Source of the DNA: Octopus sinensis
Taxonomy: Eukaryota
NCBI RefSeq assembly: GCF_006345805.1
Contig: NC_043009.1
Location: 57,722,001 to 57,786,000 of the forward strand
Direction of reading: 5' to 3'
DNA: 64,000 bases
A program made the position numbers and the translations under genes. This document shows, in pieces, positions 1-13,160 of the stretch (positions are counted from its first letter, which is position 1; every line of letters starts with the position of its first letter). Under the pieces are notes generated by a model. It had not been told where the DNA came from and searched no databases. It saw only the letters and a program-made list of their open reading frames with translations.

Positions 1-91
1 CAGATAGAACATGACTCATAACAGTTAAATTATTTCAAGCAATAGATGTTGGTTCTTTTTTTTTAGCCCTAGGACAGTTTCGATCATTCCT

Positions 92-232
92 ATATAAGGG
101 AGTGCTGAGGAAAGTTCCTGGATTTAAGGGTGTCGTGAAAGGACTGGTTCGAGCGCCAACCTTCCGAGTTCTTTTACAGACCTTAGAAAAAGGCTGCCAT
201 ACGTGTGCCAGTCTGAGAGAAGGGAATATGTT
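92..232 (+). mobile_element. Mariner-derived non-autonomous remnant
   Basis: Begins TA-TAAGGGAGTGCTGAGGAAAGTTCCTGG (mariner-like terminus). Ends in a decayed transposase C-terminus-like stretch (FYR.LEK...C..LRGEYV). Family recognised from memory only. Confidence 0.4.
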
Positions 233-293
233 GCGTGACACATGCGGCAAGGTCTTCCCATTATAGCCTCGGGCCGACCAAAGCTTCTGAGGG

Positions 294-393
294 NNNNNNN
301 NNNNNNNNNNNNNNNNNNNNNNNNNNNNNNNNNNNNNNNNNNNNNNNNNNNNNNNNNNNNNNNNNNNNNNNNNNNNNNNNNNNNNNNNNNNNN
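294..393. other. Assembly gap (100 N)
   Basis: Run of N characters in the sequence. Confidence 1.
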
Positions 394-3382
394 CATGCTG
401 CTTTAAATGATATTAATACTACCACTAAATATGTTCGCTGGGAAATTAAATATAGATAATAGAATAAATACCACGGGTGCACAAAGTCCGTACTATACAC
501 ATAAAATCTGCGATCTGAAACCTAACAATGGCTTGCTTATTAAACTCTAAAACAATCATAAACATATCTAGTCACACCAGTAAAAAAATTTAAAAACTCC
601 ACAACCAGAGTCGAATCCATCCTTCCAAAACAATACTAATGTTCTCTTAAAACACTTCCTTTCCCGTTACTCCAATCCACTAAACTGACAAAAAATGAGT
701 ATTCCTCCGAAGGACAGGTCTTCCGTTCAAGGAGTGAATATAGACGCCACAGAATTCGGGAAACCGTCCTTATGAACCTAGATCCCGGGAATGATGTGTG
801 ATCCTTACTTTTCTTTTCAATGCTCGCTTAATATGATTTCAGTGACATCCAATTAAAGTGCAAATATTTTTTCAGTATGATATTTAATATAATATTATAT
901 TTAATATAATATGATATTTAATATAATATACAATGTTGCAATCCATTCTAATCGTCCCTCTACGCATTGCAAATATGTTACATCTATTCTACTATGATTC
1001 AAATTTATTTTGCGTCTTTGAACTTGAGTGGAAACGCAGTAGCTTTGAGGAAAGTTAATGTGATTCTAGAACAATGAAGATTGTTAGAGATGTATAAACA
1101 CTTCTTCTTTCTTTCAGAGAGTCTTTATACAAGAATAATATCCACGTATTATTGAAATAAAATACAGAACAAAATCTATTCATTGTCATCATGAAACTAA
1201 AATTTATTGAAGTTACACTGAATTAACAAAATTCTTTATACTGACACTTTTTGAAACGTACTTCAAAATCTGCATTTATATGCAATTTATTCTAATCATC
1301 TGAAGAATATTTATTGATGACACGATTAATAATGTATCCTTATGTCTCTATCCAAACGTTATAATTATATAGCAAGTTCTTAAAATGAAACCCTGAGAGG
1401 ATTCGGATAACATGACTGTATGAAATATATCCACAATATGATATTAACCCCAAATAAAATGGCTTAAGTGGTATATGTCATATAATATAGCGTGGCACAT
1501 CAGATCTTTAAATTAGAGCTGCAATTTATCCGACCGGCTTTAATGCAATTTACATCAATCCTACTTCGATTTGCTCGAAGTTATGTCAAAAGACAATGGC
1601 TCTTGTTGCCACACAATATAATTAAATTTCATTCTTACAAAGCTAAATTCTCAAATATGTATCCCCAAAATATTGTCAGCATCAACTGTAAAAAGCTTTC
1701 CTGTACAACATATACATAGAGTTGACGGAAAATGCATTTAAAGTTCCTATAACTAACATTTCCATCTTTACGCATTCGTAATTTAAAAAGATACATATTT
1801 CATTGTGGATCTTCATCTAGTCCCTAGAACATTGTGACGCACCTTATATAAGTTGGAAAAAAGGGTTTTTTTCCTGTAAACAGTATTGTAGTCACCAAAA
1901 GCCTCGTCACGTTGTACAGACACACCTAACGGAACCTCTTTCTCTTATATTTACTCAACAATCGTTTCGAATTTATTTCTGTTTGTAGAGACAAGGTGTT
2001 TAGAAGCATTAAATATTTTCAACCGATTTTATTTCCAAGTAAACAATTCACAAATTCAGTTATAAGTTGACAGTAAATATCCCCCATATGCTCTTTACAA
2101 TTTATCAAAGGTCACACAAATACATAACATATACCAATCTTTCTTAACTCTCAACGCTGAAATATAAGCTTTCCAAATACTAATTTCAGTTTACAAATTA
2201 CCAATACATTGCGATTATAATACATCACATTTTCCATCAACTAGTTTGGAATATATCATCATTTTACATATTGAGAATGTCTTTTCCACGTATCTATATA
2301 ATTTATTTGTCCCGTCATTTTGTAGTCAGTTTTACATAGGCATGCATTTATTTAAACCGATTTCTGAATTTCCATTCTCCTACCAATTCTTATCATGGTT
2401 GCTACGCTCATAAAATTTACTTAAGAATGACACTACACATTAATGAACAACTAGCAGCGTTAGATTCTACCAATATCATATTCTTAAGAAAACTGTATTC
2501 AAACCAATAGTATGTTCTTACTAATGCATATTTATAGCTGCTAAAGACTTCTGTAGAAAATAGAGACGGAAAAGTGAATATTATATTTGTAAATCTTTAA
2601 ATATTTTAACACAACTGAATAAATGACCATGACCAACAAACTTAGTATATAATATATATATATATATAATATATATATATAATATAACTATATAATACAT
2701 AAATATATGCACATACACACGTACATGTACATACTTACATGTATATATATATATATTATATATATATATATATACATATATGTGTGTGTGGAGGGCCATA
2801 GGGACGTCACGCAACGTGTACAACAAAAAATACGAAGCACGAGGTACATGGAACATGAACAATTCTTTCGAACAACGAAAGACACAAATGGAAAACAAAG
2901 CAAACAAAAATAAAAAACGACCCTTCATCTGTAGCTGGCTGTTTTTCTAATCTCGTATTTTGAGCCTTTAGCAACAATATACGCTTTCGATAAAACAGCT
3001 GCTTCTACAAGCAAGTTAAATAAAATTTGCGATTTTGAGGAGGGTCAAAATTGGTTGCATAAACAGGACAGTGAAAACAAACAGGAATGGCTGCTAAGCC
3101 TAAACGAGGTGTGGTGGCGAACGCGCAAATCTATTTTATATTGAGAATATGTAGTCTATTGACTTTTTATACACGCTAGGCCACTGGTAATGAAATTTCT
3201 TAAATAAACTCGCTGCTCTATATATTTTACGTATATGATTTTAGCATTTTCAGAAGATTAGTTCGGTACTTTTCATTTGCTGACGACTGAAACCACTCTT
3301 GCTCGAGGAATTTCAAAAATGATAATATATAATGATGAGACACGTGTTATTTGTCTCTAAATTATATTTGAAGGTTATGGCG

Positions 3383-3455
3383 CAGTCACTGATGAGAATT
3401 TCGTCTAGCAAGTTATTTTATTTGCTAAATAAAATTCGAAACCTAGTCATGACTG
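3383..3455 (+). ncRNA. Type I hammerhead ribozyme motif, complete core (H1)
   Basis: CAGTCA-CTGATGA-[GAATTT..TAGCAA loop TTGCTA..AAATTC]-GAAAC-CTA-GTC-A-TGACTG. Stem I 6 bp with one extra A after C17, stem II 6+6 bp, GUC cleavage triplet. Confidence 0.7.
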
Positions 3456-3611
3456 TAAAAAATAATAAGGTAAAAGTTTTCTTTTTCATCCCCTTCGAAG
3501 TTGCTCTTAAATGTGGTTTTGGTCGTTTTGACTGATTCTTCTAGCATGTAAAACTGCTTGTTAAAGTTCGCTTCTCTTGTGTTCAAATGTACTCTATTTT
3601 ATATTGTGTAT

Positions 3612-3644
<33 letters not shown>

Positions 3645-3691
3645 TATAATATAATATATATATATATATATATATAATATATATATATATA

Positions 3692-4124
3692 TTGTTGTAT
3701 TTCGGGATGGTCATTTTATTCATTATTATTTAAAAAATATTTTTGCCAAATAAACACACGCACTATATATAGACTATTGCTGGTATTTTATTATTTTAAC
3801 ACCTGTCCATCGTCCGGAAATCTTTCGTCACACATCTGTGACCTCTTCAGCGGCACTTTTCGTTTCGGTGTGTGTTCTTGCTCCACTTAGTCCATTCTGT
3901 TCTTCAGCAAGTATCTCAGCGTCAAAAGCGTTTCATCCCTTACCATGTACGCTTTGGCTGAGTAGCACAGCGGGTTTGAAAATGCAATTTTAAAGATGTT
4001 TATTTACTTGACCATGACAATGGTTGACAAGGGGCAGCAGCAGACGGAGCCATTCGCTGTTCTGCTCAACCGAAGTGTACATGCTAAGATGTGAAACTCT
4101 TTTGACGCTGAGAGACTTGCTGAA
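3692..4124 (-). mobile_element. Non-autonomous Penelope-like element carrying H2, with inverted 50-bp repeat
   Basis: 3' end abuts (TA)n at about 3636-3691. 3903-3952 and 4075-4124 are inverted repeats (43/50 identical by hand alignment). Hammerhead plus inverted partial repeat is typical Penelope-like architecture. Confidence 0.45.
3812..3856 (-). ncRNA. Minimal type I hammerhead ribozyme motif, complete core (H2)
   Basis: Minus strand GTGCCG-CTGAAGA-G-GTCAC-AGATGT-GTGAC-GAAA-GATTT-C-CGGAC. Stem II 5 bp, quasi-palindromic stem III (AGATTT), UUC triplet, stem I 5 bp with one bulge. Confidence 0.7.
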
Positions 4125-5236
4125 AATTCGAAAGGGTTTGCAATAGTTTTAGTTCCCATCAGGAGAAGAGTATGCAGTAGTTGTAAGGAACACCATCAGT
4201 TTCTGCGGCCTGCAAATCATGTCTCATGTTTATTTCATTCTTATGAGGGAAACATTTTACATTTGAAACAAAGAACACGGAATAGTTAAAATAATTTTAC
4301 ACTCCGTGTTCTATTATATTGTAATGAAATTAATTTTCTTACAGCTATAGAATTCAGGAAGCTTAACAATTATATGTCTTTTATTTGAATCAAGATTACA
4401 ACCTTATCGTTTAGTATATATTTTCCCGAGAATTGCTATTCGTTTGCTTTCCATATCAGTCTTTTAAATATACCAACGAGATTTGATTAGCTTAAAGACA
4501 TTTTTATTACCATTAAACTCATTTCGCCAAATACAAGGTATGTTTTCTTCATTTAAACATTCTAGCCAAGTTGTTTCTTTATAATCATCAGTGTTGTAAA
4601 ATGTTATTACAGGAATTAACATAGAACTTTCATGTGATACTATTTACAATATGTTTTCATGTTATTAAAGAAATTATACAAATTATAGGATAATAATTTC
4701 CCTTCATACTGCTATTAGCAACCATTTCCAACTTCTTGTGAGTAATTTCACACATTCTTATGGTATATACTAAATATTTTCTCCTCTATAAACAAGTTTT
4801 TTAATCGCGAAAAATCAATATTCATCTTAGATACACACACGCAATTATAAGGTTACATTTTATTCACCATAACCTAACAGGGATTTCAATTTTGAAGTAA
4901 ATTCTGACCTTTTAATAACTTGAACAAGAAAAAACACCCATCCTTTAATGCAAATAATCGAACGCTAACAAACGTATCAGATATTTACTTAGTTTTATTA
5001 CTACGGCAACCAGCTACCCACCATTGACCTTACCCTTGTGTTAAGTAACGCAAAGTAGTATTCATCTAGACACATCTAACAGATGTCTTCATTGTTAATT
5101 ATTTAGAGCCTCTGCTTTTAACTAATCATTATATATGCAATATATTTCTTCAAATACTGTTTGAGAAGATTGTTCCAGACGAACCTTTAACATCACAGAA
5201 AGGATTTTAACACACACACACACACACACATGTATG

Positions 5237-5269
<33 letters not shown>

Positions 5270-5344
5270 TAGTAGAGATATATAGATATATATAATGTAT
5301 ATATACATATATATATTATATATATATATGTATATATATGCATA

Positions 5345-5385
<41 letters not shown>

Positions 5386-5489
5386 GTATATGCATATTCA
5401 TACATATATCTATACTTATACGCATATATCGGATGTATATAATATACATACATATATCTATACAATTACACATATATATAAATGGATGC

Positions 5490-5530
<41 letters not shown>

Positions 5531-5677
5531 CGTGTGTGTGGTGTATATATATATATATGCAGATATACAAACACATTTACGCACATATATACGTACACTT
5601 AGTCGTATAAAACAAAATCGGACTATGAAGTTTGATTGATTTATATAATATATACACGCACACACACACACACATTC

Positions 5678-5723
<46 letters not shown>

Positions 5724-6101
5724 AAATGCGCGCGCACATCTTAAATTACTGGTTTTTCAACAGCGTTTCCTTTTCCATAACGTACTTATAGAACGTCTTT
5801 ATAGCTGTATTTTGACAACAGTCTGTGTAAGAAGGATTGTAAACAAACCGTCTGCAGACTGTGTGTGCACGAACATAAAACGAACAAACAGTTATGAATA
5901 CATTTCGAGTCTTCTAGAAATCTTTGTCAGCAGCTGTGCACCACTTTTAAATAACCACACAATATAATCGTCTAAGATTAGAGAGTATATGACCAATTTG
6001 TCCAGACAAATTATTTACAACGTTTGTAATACTGCTAATGGTAAAGTAATCATGAATATATTTTGTACAGCAATACATACATACATACATACATACATAC
6101 A

Positions 6102-6133
<32 letters not shown>

Positions 6134-6170
6134 ATACTATATATATATATATATAATATATATATATATA

Positions 6171-6207
<37 letters not shown>

Positions 6208-6224
6208 TAATAAATAAAATATAT

Positions 6225-6485
6225 GCATACAGAGATACATATATGTACGTACCGACATCTACATATATATATATATACATGCATATATAATATATATATA
6301 CGTGAGTACAGGACACCACAAATAGACGCAGAACTCAACGAGAACGAAAACGTAAAAATAAGCATGGAACGAACCTTTTTTTTTTTACAAAGTAAAAACA
6401 GAGTACTAGACAAACTACACAAGGAAAGATCCCCTTCATCAGCTGTCCCTAGTTCAACTCCAGCGTGTTTCGAAGGTGTATCTAT
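6225..6485 (-). repeat. Interspersed repeat family P (copy 1), probable Penelope-like 3' end
   Basis: Reverse complement aligns with 39365-39605 (ACCTTCGAAACACGC...GATGAAG...TTTGTGGTGTCCTGTACTCA...GTACATATATGTAT). Adjoins (TA)n. Confidence 0.6.
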
Positions 6486-6499
6486 ATATATATACATAT

Positions 6500-6870
6500 T
6501 CTTTTATTCTTTTGTTTCAGTGAGACATTTGACTATGGTCATGCAGGAGAACCGCTTTTGAGTTATACGACCCTAGGACGTATTCTTTGTCACCCAGATA
6601 CTTATTTTAGCGCACTCTTTTGCCGAACCGCTAAGTAATGGGACCGTAAACACACCAACATCAATTGTCAAACGATTGGTGGGGGGAACACAGACACAAG
6701 GGATACACACATGCACACACACACACATACACACACGCACACATATATATGCGACGAGCTTCTTCCAGTTTCCCTCTACCAAATCTACTCATCAGGCTTT
6801 GGTTGGCCCGAGGTTACAGGAGAAGACACTTGCCCAAGGTGCCACACAGCGGGACTGAACCCAGAACTAT
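6500..6870 (-). mobile_element. SINE family A (tRNA-headed, bipartite), partial
   Basis: Both halves align to the copy at 9109-9526 and are separated by a (CA)n/(TA)n tract. Confidence 0.8.
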
Positions 6871-7032
6871 ATTCATATCTATCCATATATATACATGCAT
6901 ACATATATATGTATATATATATATATATATAAATAGATGAGTGTATTTTACCTTGTTAACAATTAACACGGAAAAATAAATAAATAGTTACCAGGGCAGC
7001 AAAAATCTCACAAGTAACTCCATTTTTTATTC

Positions 7033-7073
<41 letters not shown>

Positions 7074-7154
7074 GTACTGAACCGTGATAGAAAATTCAAA
7101 AGAAATGTACCGCAGCTGGTGAGAGATAAATATTATTATTTAAAGGTCACAATC

Positions 7155-7190
<36 letters not shown>

Positions 7191-7500
7191 ACACAGATAC
7201 ACAGACACACACGCACGTATACTTTATCTAGCAATGGAGAGCTGGCTGAATCGTTATTGTGCAGGGAAAAGTACTTTGCGGTATTTCGTCCGACTTTACT
7301 TTTTGAGTTCAAATTGTGCCAACGTCGACTTTGCGTTTTATCTCTACGGGGGCGATGAAATAAGTAACAGATAAGCATTGGGATCGATGTAATCAATTTA
7401 TTCCCTTCCCCGCCAATTTGCTGCAATTGTGCCAAAATTTGAAATCAATTTACACACACACACAAACACACACAGACACACACACACACACAGACACACA

Positions 7501-7533
<33 letters not shown>

Positions 7534-8511
7534 CACACACACGTTATTGCAAGCTGCAAAAGAATGTCTTTTAGATAATGTCTTCCATGAGACATGATTC
7601 TCTGGCATTCGGTAAAAAAAAAATACCAACAAAGTTCATCAAATTGGAAGCGACGGTTCAAAAAGACTGGTCGAACGTTTAAAATTTAAACAACCACCAG
7701 GTTAAACACAGTTGGCCAGATCTTGTGTGGGACCACGTGGAAAAATGCTTGTGTCGTGGAAATCAGCTGCCCTATGGACACCAATGCGCTCAGAAAAATG
7801 CAGGAGATACAATACCTCTATGAACCATTGATAATGTGTTTTTAAATCCAGTACCCAAGATAAACTTTCAGCTTTATACGTATTATATATGGAGCGAAAA
7901 GATACGTACCAGCCCGCCTGAAGCTAACAATGGCAGAACTTGTGTTTTGGGGGAGAGGAAGCAAGTACGTAAATCAAATTTTGAAATGATCACGTTCTCT
8001 GGGGAAATAAAATTGTGTGAGATCTTAAGATTTAAAGGATGATGAACAAAACAATATGCTTTCTGTCAAAATTTTGGTACGAAGTAAACTAACGGTCAAC
8101 ATTAAATCTTAAATTGAAAAGAGAAAAATAATTCATACACTCACACACACACACACATACACACACAGAGACGAGCTGTCTTTCTCTCTCTTTCACACAC
8201 ATATATACATATGAATTGAAGGTTAGAAGTCTACAACAACAAAAAATGAGAAGACGAAATGTCAATAAGAGAGAGAATATAGATAATGGATGATTTGTCA
8301 CTGAAAACATTATCTTGCTTGGCTCCGATGTTTCAGATAAAATATTACCTTTCGTACTGAGTAACAGGATAGAAGTAATAGAAAGAGTATTAAAATTAAC
8401 GTCCGTTTAGATTACCATGGTGGAATTGTATGAGCGACAAGGAAATATATCTGAATAAAATGTATCTGGAAGGTATAAACAATCATGCGTAAAATATATA
8501 TGTACATATAT

Positions 8512-8740
8512 ACTCTTTTACTCTTGTACTTGTTTCAGTCATTTGATTGTGGCTATGCTGGAGCACCGCCTTTAGTCGAGCAAATCGACCCCAGGAGATA
8601 TTCTTTATAAGCCTAATACTTATTCTATCGGTCACTTTTACCGAACCGGTAAGTTACGGGCACGTAAACACACCAGTATCGGTTGTTAAGCGATGTTAGG
8701 AGGACAAACATAGAGACACAAACACACACACACACACACA
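8512..8740 (-). mobile_element. SINE family A 3' half
   Basis: TTTTACTTGTTTCAGTCATTTGA...GCACCGCCTTTAGTCGAGCAAATCGACC block shared with other family A copies. Confidence 0.8.
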
Positions 8741-8865
8741 TTCTTACTGACAGCACACACACAGACACATGCACACACACACACACGTCTACACGCACAA
8801 GAGAAATAAATATTCGCTGAAATTATAAACGAAGACTGGGTTGTTTAGGTTCAAAGGCTCGGGAA

Positions 8866-8913
8866 ATTCTGGCTGATGAGTCACCATATGGCAAAACACC
8901 TGTGTTCCGGAAT
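8866..8913 (+). ncRNA. Degenerate hammerhead motif, G12 to A (H3)
   Basis: ATTCTGG-CTGATGA-GTCA-CCATA-TGGC-AAAAC-ACCTGTGT-T-CCGGAAT. Stem I 7 bp, stem II 4 bp, stem III 4 bp; the only core defect is G12A. Confidence 0.65.
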
Positions 8914-9108
8914 CCTTTGCACCAAAGCACCGAGAGAGTTATGACCACACTGACGTCTCAAAAGAGGGAGGGTGTTCTCTTGTAGCGTAACCAGCAGTGA
9001 CAAGCGTACTTGCTTTAGAATCTGTCGCAACGACTTAAGAATGACTATACAAACCATTGTTTCAGATCTCACTAGACATAAACAATGATTTAATATATAC
9101 ATATACAA

Positions 9109-9526
9109 GGCGCAGGAGTGGCTGTGTGGTAAGTAGCTTGCTAACCAACCACATGGTTCCAGGTTCAGTCCCACTGCATGGCATCTTGGGCAAGAGTCTT
9201 CTGCTATAGCCCCAGGCCGACCAATGCCTTGTGAGTGGATTTGGTAGACGGAAACTGAAAGAGGCCTGTCGTATATATGTATATACATATATGTATGTAT
9301 GTGTGTTTGTTTGTGTGTCTGTGTTTGTCCCCCTAGCATTGCTTGACAACCGATGCTGGTGTGTTTATGTCTCCGTTACTTAGCGGTTCGGCAAAAGAGA
9401 CCGATAGAATAAGTACTGGGCTTACAAAAAGACTAAGTCCCGGGGTCGACTTGCTCGATTAAAGGCGGTGCTCCAGCGTGGCCGCAGTCAAATGACTGAA
9501 ACAAGTAAAAGAGTAAAAGAGTAAAA
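9109..9526 (+). mobile_element. SINE family A, full length
   Basis: tRNA-like head with A-box-like TGGCTGTGTGG (9119-9129) and B-box-like GGTTCAGTCCC (9162-9172), internal (TA)n(TG)n, conserved 3' body, (AAAAGAGT)n tail. Confidence 0.9.
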
Positions 9527-9789
9527 CAAAATACAGATGTAATACCTAAATACTTTTGTCGTTATTCACTGGGTAAGTAAAGATGTGGAGCAGGGTTTCT
9601 CAAAACTTTTTTTTATCTATGAACTACTTTCATTACAATTTTATCCTGATAACCATTCGATGTTTAGAAATTAGTGTTGCAGAAACTTCTTTCAAAATTC
9701 CTATTTTGGTTTTTCACACATCAACTAGTGTAGGTCGAACAATGTAAAATATTAGAGAACGAAATCGAGCTGCATCTTGCAATACATAG

Positions 9790-10122
9790 TATACGAGCAC
9801 TCCGTCGGTTGCGAGGACGAGGGTCCCAGCTGATACGATGAACGGAACAGCTTGCTCGTGAAATTAACGTGCAAGTTTGTGGCTGAGCATTCCACAAACA
9901 CGTGTACCCTTTACGTAGTTCTCAGGGAGATTCAGCGTGACACAGAGTGTGACAAGGCCGGCCCTTTGAAATACAAGTACTTCTCATTTTTGCCAGCTAA
10001 GTGGACTGGAGCAACGTGAAATAAAGTGTCTTGCTCAAGGACACAACACGTCACCAGGAATTGAAATCTCGACCTTAAAATCGTGAGCCGAATGCCCTAA
10101 CCACTAGGCCACGCGCCTTCAC
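9790..10122 (-). mobile_element. SINE family C (tRNA head + CORE/V-like central block)
   Basis: Minus strand GGCGCGTGGCCTAGTGGTTAGGGC...TGTCCTTGAGCAAGACACTT...CCAGTCCACTTAGCTGGCAAAAATGAG. Related copies at 20345, 32470 and 44008. Confidence 0.75.
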
Positions 10123-11627
10123 AAAAGCAAAATTTTTTCAGAGGACCTTAAAGGACTTTTGTGGATCCCAAATTGACTGTTTTGTTGCGTGGGCCTCCCA
10201 AAAATCTTATATGCACCCTCAGGGTCAGTAAGGACCCCAGTTAGGGAGCACTGATATAGACAATGATGTGTGAAAGCTCACTGTCTTGAAGCTGAGCAAA
10301 GCAAGAGCAAATATATTTTAACCAAGCCTCTAACAGGCATACGCATTCTTACACATATAAATAAATACTTACACATAAGTAAATTCTTACATATACATAT
10401 AAATACACACATGCATAGGCACACTCTCTCACAAAAATGCATATACTATCGCATTACACTTCTTCACTTTCACGTACTACACACTCATACTTACATTTCT
10501 ATGTGTTTGAGCGTGTGTTCATGTCTGTTTATGCATGTTTGTATATAAGTTTAAGCTTCTCTATGTATGTATGTTTCTTCTATTTTTTAATTATTATAAA
10601 TCTTCCACTGAGGAGGGAACCGGTTTGGATCTATGTTTGATATATGTATGTATGTTTGTATATATGCTTGTATGTATGTATGCATGTATTTATGTAAGTT
10701 TGTATATATGTTTGTATGTATATATCCATATCTGTAACTTGTATGCCTTTGTAGACTTTTATTTATATATCAAATTGCGTTAATTAGTGTGGATAATTAT
10801 GCTATGCATTGTATAATTACATCGAGTTCAATCTCTTTTTATTAGCTCCTTTATCGCCAATTGCTTGGACTCTAAGTTTCTTTCTTGTCTTATTTGCATA
10901 CACGCAAAGTTAATTAAACCCCTTTAATCGCTTATTGACTTTTTATAAACATTACCTCTATCAGTTAAATTATTCCGGTCTATTTAGGCATTCTCTTTCA
11001 ACATTAAATGTCATTTCAAATAGGTCATTGAACGAAAGTACAATAACGTAACACATCTCTTTAATCTTTATTTCTATTATGTCTCCACAGGCACTTGAAC
11101 CAACCGCTAACCTTTATGAAGCTATTATCTATTTTATTTATTATATGATTTTGTTTATACATTCCATTATTTGGCATTTTCCTATAAAATATAGCTCTCT
11201 ATCTGTTACTTTGAGTAAGGCACCCGCTGTTATGATCAGTTATACTGTTTCAATTTCTCAATTTCTCTCTATCATCAATTAGATGGATACCATATATGGC
11301 CGTCTTTATCTTCCAAATAACTAATTTCAATTTTACTCGTTCATCAAGCCAGAATATCGTTCAAACCCCGAGCATTTAGTTTCTTACACTGTAATCCATC
11401 CTTCATAATACATAAAATCTCATCATTGTGAAATCTTCTGTATTTCATTTTCATATATTCACAAAAACAGGCGAATATCTCAGTAAGCAGGTCATGTAAA
11501 AAACCCATCTAACACAACGTCTAATCAAGATTATAGTAATCCTTATATGATGTCAATGACGTGTGACAGGAGAAACTGTAAACCCGAAGTTTGTTACCAA
11601 TTAGAAATTTTGTTGTATTAATCATAT

Positions 11628-12050
11628 AAGAGTGGCTCTGTGGTAAGTAGCTTGCTTACGAACCACATGGTTCCGGGTTCAGTCCCAGTGCGTGGCACGT
11701 TGGGCAAGTGTCTTCTACTATAGCCTCGGGCCGACCAAAGCCTTGTGAGTGGATTTGGTAGACGGAAACTGAAAGAAGACCGTCGTATATATGTATATAT
11801 ATATATATATGTGTGTGTAAGTGTGTGTGTGTGTTTGTGTGTCTGTGTTTGCCCCCCCCCCAAATCACTTGACAACCGATGCTGGTGTGTTTGCGTCCCC
11901 CGTAACTTAGCGGGTTGGCAAAAAGAGACAGATAGAATAAGTACTAGGCTTACAAAGAATAAGTCCTGGGGTAGATTTGCTCGACTAAAGGCGGTGCTCC
12001 AGCATGGCCACAGTCAAATGACCGAAAAAAGTAAAAGAATACAAGAATAA
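11628..12050 (+). mobile_element. SINE family A, full length
   Basis: Colinear with 9109-9526. Confidence 0.9.
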
Positions 12051-12468
12051 AAGAATCAGTAAGGAAATAACGAGTACAAAGATTATTTTCAAAAGATATT
12101 TTATTCGCTTACATACGTTTCAAATGAACGGGTGGGCTGCATCCGTGATATATATATATAATATCCTAGTTTGCAAGAAAATGTTGTTTGTAATCGATCC
12201 ATTGACTATCAATCAATCAATCAGACCATTTCTGGAATATTTATCTTCTAAATCATTCTCATCACAGAATGTACAGTATCTCTTAACATGCAAGCCACAA
12301 TGAATATAGCTATGTGAGCAGATGCGTATATGCGTAAGGTGGAGGTGTACGGTTGGCGAGGTATTTTCGTGCGTACATTTGATTGACAATGTCATCTCAT
12401 GTCTGTGTAATAGGCATACCTATGAACACAGCAACTATTCCAAGCACGAACGGAAGGTAGTAGCAGCT

Positions 12469-12505
<37 letters not shown>

Positions 12506-12649
12506 CAGTGGTAGTATAGAATATATAACTGCTTTTTCTTTGGAGAATTAACAGTACATAGGAGTTCAAAGCATATATGATACTACCATGTCAGTTAAGA
12601 TGCATAGACAGGACAGAGGTAGATGCACACATACACACAAACGCGCACT

Positions 12650-12652
12650 CAC

Positions 12653-12697
<45 letters not shown>

Positions 12698-12805
12698 GAC
12701 ACACACTTATATATGTTCCCATGAATTATTTAAAAACTACATTGTTTCATATATACACACGCAAATATATATATATATATATATATAATATATATATATA
12801 TATAT

Positions 12806-12837
<32 letters not shown>

Positions 12838-12853
12838 TATTATATATACATAT

Positions 12854-12895
<42 letters not shown>

Positions 12896-13040
12896 CAACT
12901 ATATATATTTATATTTATATTTATAATATATATATATATATTTATATGTATATATGTGTGTGCATATGCGTGTATGTGGTGCGTGTGTGTGTATGTAGTA
13001 TGTATATATATATATATATATCAATCAATCTATCTATCTA

Positions 13041-13127
<87 letters not shown>

Positions 13128-13160
13128 TGTGTGTGTGTGCGTGTGTGTGTGTGTATGTAT
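12650..13160. repeat. Compound microsatellite (CT)n/(CA)n/(TA)n/(TG)n
   Basis: Direct inspection. Confidence 0.95.

Noticed and set aside
1800-2560. Second, very decayed Chapaev-like transposase on the minus strand (LGVSVQRDEAF has the spacing of LGAVSDEQGERF), or alternatively a small exon
   Set aside because: Only one loosely matching motif, many stops and a poor acceptor; needs an HMM search.
6770-6795. Minus-strand CTGATGA...GAAAC
   Set aside because: A chance mutation inside a SINE family A copy; no stems form.
10595-10630. CTGAGGA motif, with a related sequence at 18930-18990
   Set aside because: No valid stem II plus GAAA arrangement on either strand.
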